The notes below the pieces were generated by a model. That model was not told the origin of the DNA, ran no database searches, and saw only the letters and a list, made by a program, of their open reading frames with translations. A stretch of DNA of 27,987 bases, filler included, from an uncultured virus (IMG/VR IMGVR_UViG_2061766007_001087) (Duplodnaviria; Heunggongvirae; Uroviricota; Caudoviricetes; Schitoviridae). It is 2 parts of one record of this genome, joined end to end, with 100 filler letters (N's around TTAATTAATTAA, not from the genome) between each part and the next. Parts side by side here need not be neighbours in the genome. Positions count along the whole stretch, not along the records: positions 1 to 27,280 come from IMGVR_UViG_2061766007_001087; positions 27,381 to 27,987 come from IMGVR_UViG_2061766007_001087. One strand, given 5' to 3'. This document shows, one piece after another, positions 22,934 to 27,987 of this stretch; position 1 is the first letter of the stretch, and the number at the start of each line of letters is the position of its first letter. A program made the translations under genes and the position numbers.

Positions 22934-24560
22934 ATTAGGTAATTTTCGTACTGAAAACGCCAGATTCTTTGATTCTGTTGATGTTCGAGTAAAACTTGTC
23001 TCAAACCAGTATGTCTTACCAGAAATAACAGGAATTGTTGTATGTATAAAATATGCAGAACTTGGCATACCAAAAGTCTGCCCCCATACAGAGTGACGCA
23101 AATCGCTATCTGATGCGGAGTTAGTGCAATAAAAATAAATATAATATGGTGCTGTTAGTCCTTCAGTCCACCAAATCACAAATAGCCAGCCCGTAAAATC
23201 AGCAGTATAAGAGTTAAGATTTTGTGTCTTATCAATGGCACTGTTAAAAGTTGAAGTAATATCTACCGTGTTATTCAAGTCCGGCATTCCCAAAGCACCC
23301 GGATTTATGCCGTTCAAAGTCTTCCACTTGTTTGTCGAGGTGCCGAGGTTGCAACTGTTATTAAATTGTGGTCTGAAAAATATCTGTGAAAAATCTCTCG
23401 TAACACCATAATCAATCCCCCAAATGCCCTGTCCCTGAGTTGTACCATGAAAACTTCCGCAATTCCATCTCCAATAACATTCCCCATTAGCGTCACAAAT
23501 ATATGCTTGATTTCCGTACCAAGTATCCATATTAGCTACTGTTGCCACGGCTATTGATTTCGTGGTTTCGGGTGTAAGTTTGCCACTAAACGAAGTATTT
23601 TTATAATAAGAACCTGATAAATGATAATCTGTTACGTTAAAAGTATTACTTGCACTCCAAACATTCGCTTTATCCAGTCCCCAAGCCGTACCGTTGTAAT
23701 AGTACGTTTGAGCATAGACTGATTTCCATTGATTTGTTGAGGTGCCGAGGTCTGTGGCATTTGTGGTGATAGGAGCAATGTAGTTATTAGTTCCGTCATT
23801 CTGCACTCTTACCGCATCCACAAACTCCATAAGTGAATAATGCGGGGCAACACGCCACAGGTTAAATGATGTGTCCGGCTTATATCCGTCATACGTGCCA
23901 CCTTTAATATCTGTAGAGCGTACTAATTTTAACTGTCCATATCGGTCTGGTGNNNNNNNNNNCACGAGTATTAAAGAATATCGTGTTTGCATTTGCAGTA
24001 AATGCCATCGTGTTATCAGAGTATGTAGAAACATCAGACAATCCGACATTTTTGACAAACCTGTTATTTCCAGACCACACATTCTCCTTATCAAGTCCCC
24101 AAGCCGTGCCGTTATAGAAATAAGACTGAGCATAGACTGAAGACCATTGATAAGACGAAGAACCGAGAGAGTATGTATTTGTAGCATTAGGTAAGATGTT
24201 ATTAAACGTGTTACTGCCAGTAAAAGACTTGTCTCCTGTAACAGTCTGATTCCCCGCAACATTAACATAACCCGTCTTAATTGAAGTTCCGTCTTCGTCT
24301 GCGATTGCTTTTGCTGCGGTGCCAGTGATTGAGCCGACAATCGGCAGAGTAAATGTTTGTTCAGCAGTCCAGGTTTTTTGACTAGTAATAGTCTGTGTAG
24401 TATCAGTAGTTACATGATTAGTGGGTAAATCATTACTAGTAATAAAATTAGCATCATTAGTTAACTCTGAAGTTTTAGTAGGTATCCTAGATAATACCCA
24501 AGTTTTTATAGCAGAAACTAGTGCATTTAAACCAGTAAGATTAAGATATTTCAGAGTCAT
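22919..24560 (-). CDS. Tail fibre / receptor-binding protein 1 (~545 aa; apparent frameshift only at gap 23953-23962)
   Basis: N-terminus MTLKYLNLTGL...IPTKTSELTNDANFIT. Fibre shaft motifs QTITSQKTW and NQTVTGDKSFTG; repeated LG.S...W.SVYAQ.Y.YNG modules; beta-rich C-terminal domain ending LPNLGNV. Confidence 0.85.
24154..24353. repeat. 200-bp direct repeat A, copy 1 (fibre shaft)
   Basis: Aligns without gaps to 26431-26630, with about 16 mismatches by hand count, mostly synonymous. Confidence 0.95.
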
Positions 24561-24568
24561 ATTTCACC

Positions 24569-24979
24569 TTATACAAATAAGTTATCAATTTCTGTACTAG
24601 TAATAGCTACTAATTCAGATCTATCTACTTTATCACCTAATGCAGTAGTTACAGTACTATTAGCAATACCATTATTACTATTAGCATCAAGTACAGTATC
24701 TATAGTAATAGTTATACTACCACCTGTATTACCCTTCCATGCATTATTTTCCCAAGTGTATATATCATACTTAGTACCATCATCAGCATTAGGTACTAGA
24801 TATGCTCTACCTTCTGTACCACTAGCAGGTAATGTACTTACTACAGTAAATAAATTAGCATTAGTTGTGTAATTTGCTAATGCTGTATTAAGTGCTGTTT
24901 GTATAGCAGAAGCAGTTTCAGTATGTAACTTATTTTTAAAATAGGTTAAGCCTGTTAAATCTAATAATTTAATTGTCAT
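24569..24979 (-). CDS. Small tail/fibre-associated structural protein (136 aa)
   Basis: LLDLTGL N-terminus, a VVSTLPASG...AYLVP...YDIYTW...W module and an AITSTEIDNLF C-terminus; AGGAG RBS. Shares motifs with both fibres. Confidence 0.7.
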   Translation of the reverse strand: MTIKLLDLTGLTYFKNKLHTETASAIQTALNTALANYTTNANLFTVVSTLPASGTEGRAYLVPNADDGTKYDIYTWENNAWKGNTGGSITITIDTVLDANSNNGIANSTVTTALGDKVDRSELVAITSTEIDNLFV

Positions 24980-25058
24980 ATTTAACTCCTAAATAAAGTA
25001 NNNNNNNNNNNNNNNNNNNNNNNNNNNNNNNNNNNNNNNNNNNNNNNNNNNNNNNNNN

Positions 25059-25251
25059 TTAGCTAAAGAATCCATTACTTCTTTGTCTTCAGCTTCTCTT
25101 GCATACTTATCTAATAGGGTCATTAAGTCAAAGGGACCTCGGTCCCCTTTTTCAATAGAAATATGACCTATTTCTGTATACTCTCGTTTTATACAAAGTT
25201 CTACTTTATATGTACCAGCAACTAAAAAGAAGTTATATACACCTTCAGCAT
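25059..25251 (-). CDS. Fragment resembling a prophage tail-fibre N-terminal (lambda Stf-like) Ig-like domain; 5' part not visible
   Basis: AEGVYNFFLVAGTYKVELCIKREYTEIGHISIEKGDRGPFDLMTLL resembles the G.Y...V..G.Y.V.L.......G.I.V..D...G.L..FL pattern. Both ends abut N-gaps. Confidence 0.45.
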
Positions 25252-25293
25252 NNNNNNNNNNCACCGTAAATAACGGCATCGAGCGTATCAAGT

Positions 25294-25506
25294 TTAGAAT
25301 TCATTGCTGCTCTCCAGTTCTTTTTGTCTCCGTTCCTTATTCTGGCACTCTCTGAGATATGCGGACGTGACCCTTTGAAGTAAGAAAAGCGACTGTTTGA
25401 AATTGCACTCCTGGACGCCTAAATCTTCCCGTAACCTTTCCTTCTCCTCATCGCATAGCATAATATACGCCTGGACCGNNNNNNNNNNCAATTCTAGATT
25501 CGTCAT
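25294..25506 (-). CDS. Hypothetical protein (~70 aa, start MTNLEL)
   Basis: Its ATG overlaps the TGA of the second 47-aa gene (ATGA), with GGAG upstream. Confidence 0.55.
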   Translation of the reverse strand: MTNLELXXXXVQAYIMLCDEEKERLREDLGVQECNFKQSLFLLQRVTSAYLRECQNKERRQKELESSNEF

Positions 25507-25646
25507 TCTCCGTCCTCCCTGCGTTCTCTCATCCACTGTTCACAAAGTCTGTCATGCTCACGTTCTGTACCTGTCATATATCCCATATAGTACGCCACAA
25601 GTCCGATTATCAGAGAGCAAATTGAAGTTATTATCAGCGTTATCAT
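25503..25646 (-). CDS. 47-aa single-pass membrane peptide, copy 2 (not in the ORF track)
   Basis: Hand translation gives MITLIITSICSLIIGLVAYYMGYMTGTEREHDRLCEQWMRERREDGE. TAAGGAG RBS; 43/47 residues identical to copy 1. Confidence 0.85.
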   Translation of the reverse strand: MITLIITSICSLIIGLVAYYMGYMTGTEREHDRLCEQWMRERREDGE

Positions 25647-25670
25647 GTGGACTCCTTAGACATTGCCGAG
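25503..25670. repeat. Direct repeat B, copy 2
   Basis: Aligns to 22765-22933. Confidence 0.95.
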
Positions 25671-27218
25671 GCATGGGAAAAGAAGGAATATATTAGATGT
25701 CCCTGTAGTCTCAATTCTGATTGTATACGTGGTATTTTTAATAACGGGTAACGTTACAACTAATCTGCCTGCTGCGTTAGGTCTGCTCGCAGTAGTTCCC
25801 GGGCAATTATATGAATTACGGTATATCTGTAAAAATGTAGCACCATCACATCTGATGCTTAACCAGCCATCTACGGTAGGAGTAAATTCATTGTTACCCC
25901 CCGAATAATTGATTGTCGTTTCACCGGAAGGAGGAACAATACTCCCAGACACGTCAATTAAACTTGAATAATCCGGCAGACTCAAAGCCCCCGGGTTTAC
26001 TCCGTTTAGGGTTTTCCATTTGTTTGTTGAGGTGCCGAGGTTTAAACCGGTATCAGCGGAATAAGGAACTAAATTATTTCTCCATCCGCAGTCAGTATAA
26101 ATGAAACCAGAACCATCTGCCCTTAATCCAATTTGAAAACCTTTACTTATAGTTGTTCCGTTTGGATTTAAAGNNNNNNNNNNNNNNNNNNNCTACTAAA
26201 TTTATAAATGTAGTACCGCTAGTAAAAACTCTACCAACAATATCCGCAAAAACATAAGAAGCATTTGCGTCTTCAAATCTAATTCCAGCAGATACATCAG
26301 AAGAGGGTGCAACACCCGGCTCAACGTTTCTCACATGAATTGAGTTTTGTGAATAGAACTGTGCTNNNNNNNNNNNNNNNNNNNNNNNNNNNNNNNNNNN
26401 NNNNNNNNNNNNNNNNNNNNNNNNNNNNNNGACGAGGAGCCGAGAGAGTATGTATTTGTGGCATTTGGCAAGATGTTATTAAACGTGTTACTGCCAGTAA
26501 AAGACTTGTCTCCGCTTACAGTCTGATTCCCTGCAACATTTACATAGCCAGTCTTTATCGAAGTTCCGTCCTCGTCTGCGATTGCTTTTGCTGCGGTGCC
26601 AGCGATTGAGCCGACAATCGGCAGAGTAAACGACTGTTCACCAGTCCATGTCTTGTCTCCGGCGACAGTCTGGTCGGTGGTGCGGTCTACATAATCCGCA
26701 TTAGTCGGCACGGTGATTGCGGCTGTCGTATCTCCTGACTGGTTCGCAGTGAACGTGCCTACGGAGGTGCCGTTCACGGTGATGGTAAGCTGACCGTTAT
26801 TGATGACGATTCCTGTCTGTCCCACCTGCTCATAGTGGCCTTCCGAAGCAGTCCCGCCCTCTACGGGTATCCAGATATACTCGTTCGAGTAGTTGACGAC
26901 ATCGGCGTCAGTATCCGGATCGTACGTAGTGACGGGCACGATATAGAGTATGCCCGTGGTACCGACTGCGGGGAGTGAGGCGACAACAAGAGCCCTCAGT
27001 CCGGTGCCCGTGATAGCGGACTCAAGAGCACGGATTGCGGCGGTGTTTGCTATGATCTGAGCGACCAGGGATGAGGTGATGCCGGAGTTAGCCGCGTTCA
27101 GCTGTGCCGTGTTCAGTCTGTCCTGTTTCTTTGCGACGACAGGCCACGGGGCAAGCTCGCCGCGGAGTGCGTCCAGTGCCGGTTTGATGTTCTCAGTTGT
27201 AAGGGTCTTCTCAGTCAT
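25656..27218 (-). CDS. Tail fibre / receptor-binding protein 2 (~520 aa; split by gaps 26174-26192 and 26366-26430)
   Basis: AGGAG RBS. The segments join as ...TYSLGSS / AQFYSQNSIHVRNVEPG...TFINLV / LNPNGTTISKGFQIGLRADGSG...LNLGTSTNKWKTLNGVNPGALSLPD...FPCLGNV. Paralogous to fibre 1. Confidence 0.85.
26431..26630. repeat. 200-bp direct repeat A, copy 2
   Basis: Aligns to 24154-24353. The match may extend further into gap 26366-26430. Confidence 0.95.
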
Positions 27219-27220
27219 GA

Positions 27221-27280
27221 TCAGTCTCCTGTCAGATCGTAGTTAAAGAGGTCGAGTATGTCGAAGGTTGACGAGCTCGC
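27221..27280 (-). CDS. C-terminal fragment of the gene upstream of fibre 2
   Basis: Reads ASSSTFDILDLFNYDLTGD then TGA and contains the RBS of fibre 2; truncated by the contig end. Confidence 0.5.
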   Translation of the reverse strand, partial: ASSSTFDILDLFNYDLTGD

Positions 27281-27380
27281 NNNNNNNNNNNNNNNNNNNN
27301 NNNNNNNNNNNNNNNNNNNNNNNNTTAATTAATTAANNNNNNNNNNNNNNNNNNNNNNNNNNNNNNNNNNNNNNNNNNNN
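27281..27380. other. Artificial contig-joining linker (44 N + TTAATTAATTAA + 44 N)
   Basis: Exactly 100 nt and symmetric, with a palindromic 12-mer that places stop codons in all six frames. Confidence 0.95.
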
Positions 27381-27987
27381 TTACTATTAAAGTTATCTTT
27401 TAAATTATTTTTAACTGCCTGAGCAATGTGAGTTAGTATCTGTTTTAATTGAGGGTCAATACCTTCATTTTCCAGATTAGTAGCACCACTCTCTTTGGCT
27501 ATATTTTCCAGGGTAGAGCAGAATGCACTGTATGAACTTAAATAAGTAGAATCCCTTAATTCAGAAGTCAGTGTAAAGAATTCATTAAGATACATTAAAT
27601 TATTCTTAATGGTAAGAAGACTACTTGCTCTGGCTTCTTCAGAGAAAGTTAAATTACCATTACTATCTAATCTATAGTTATCTTTTAATGGTGCAAAAAT
27701 CTTAGTAAGTACCCTCTTAAATGTAGGCTTACTAAATTCATCTACATCAGTAGTATCAAGGTACTCTGATATTGCATCTTCTAACGATTTCTTTTCTTTA
27801 TATAAAGCGTTCTCTAATTGGGCTAATAACTGCTCTCTTTCTTCAAGTTTAGAGCCAAGATGATAGAGTAACTTATATAAAGAGTTATCTGCACTAATCT
27901 TAGTACTGGTATAAGGTTTATCTCTTAATAGAGGTGCTTCTCCAGTTACACTACGAGCAGGGGTATCAGTAGATGCACCATCTCCTC
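27381..27987 (-). CDS. Internal fragment of a large helical protein on a separate contig
   Basis: One frame is open across the whole segment: GDGASTDTPARSVTGEAPLLRDKPY...LLTIKNNLMYLNEFF...LKDNFNS. No start or stop is visible. Confidence 0.7.

Noticed and set aside
22909..23073. N-terminal extension of the 102-aa ORF 22765..23073
   Set aside because: It overlaps the fibre 1 C-terminus in another frame. The RBS and the paralog place the true start at 22908.
22765..26630. Diversity-generating retroelement (TR/VR pair at the fibre C-terminus)
   Set aside because: Mismatches between repeat copies are mostly synonymous third-position changes of all base types, not adenine-specific. Both copies are coding, and no reverse transcriptase is visible.
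22919..27218. Invertase-driven shufflon for tail-fibre tips
   Set aside because: All repeats are direct, no fibre tip lies on the opposite strand, and there is no recombinase in the window.
27325..27336. TTAATTAATTAA palindrome as an att site or regulatory element
   Set aside because: It is centred in a symmetric 100-nt N spacer and is a standard six-frame-stop assembly linker.
1..27987. Stop-codon reassignment explaining the fragmented ORFs
   Set aside because: Each readable coding segment I translated has a fully open frame in the standard code. Breaks occur only at N-gaps, and genes end in ordinary TAA/TGA next to the following RBS.

Overview
This is the late (virion morphogenesis) region of an AT-rich, divergent N4-like phage (Schitoviridae-type gene order), taken from a gappy scaffold. 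Almost all genes are on the minus strand. In transcription order from the right: two paralogous tail-fibre cassettes, each followed by a near-identical 47-aa membrane peptide; a fibre-assembly-like protein; a Gly-rich/coiled-coil gene with small hypotheticals where N4 has its lysis cassette; portal (N4 gp59-like); gp58- and gp57-like genes; major capsid protein (gp56-like); gp55-, gp54-, gp53- and gp52-like genes; a gp51-like ejection protein with a lysozyme-like C-terminal motif; and a giant ORF (apparently >2,700 codons) in the virion-RNA-polymerase position that runs off the left edge. The many split ORFs in the track are caused by N-gaps of inexact length, not by pseudogenisation or a recoded genetic code. 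An artificial six-frame-stop linker at 27281-27380 shows that the last ~600 bp belong to a separate contig. The best candidates for new biology are (1) the receptor-binding cassettes bounded by conserved homology arms and carrying a conserved small membrane peptide, and (2) the modular giant protein, which shows no recognisable RNAP motifs in its readable sequence. Family assignments come from remembered motifs and synteny; no database search was run.
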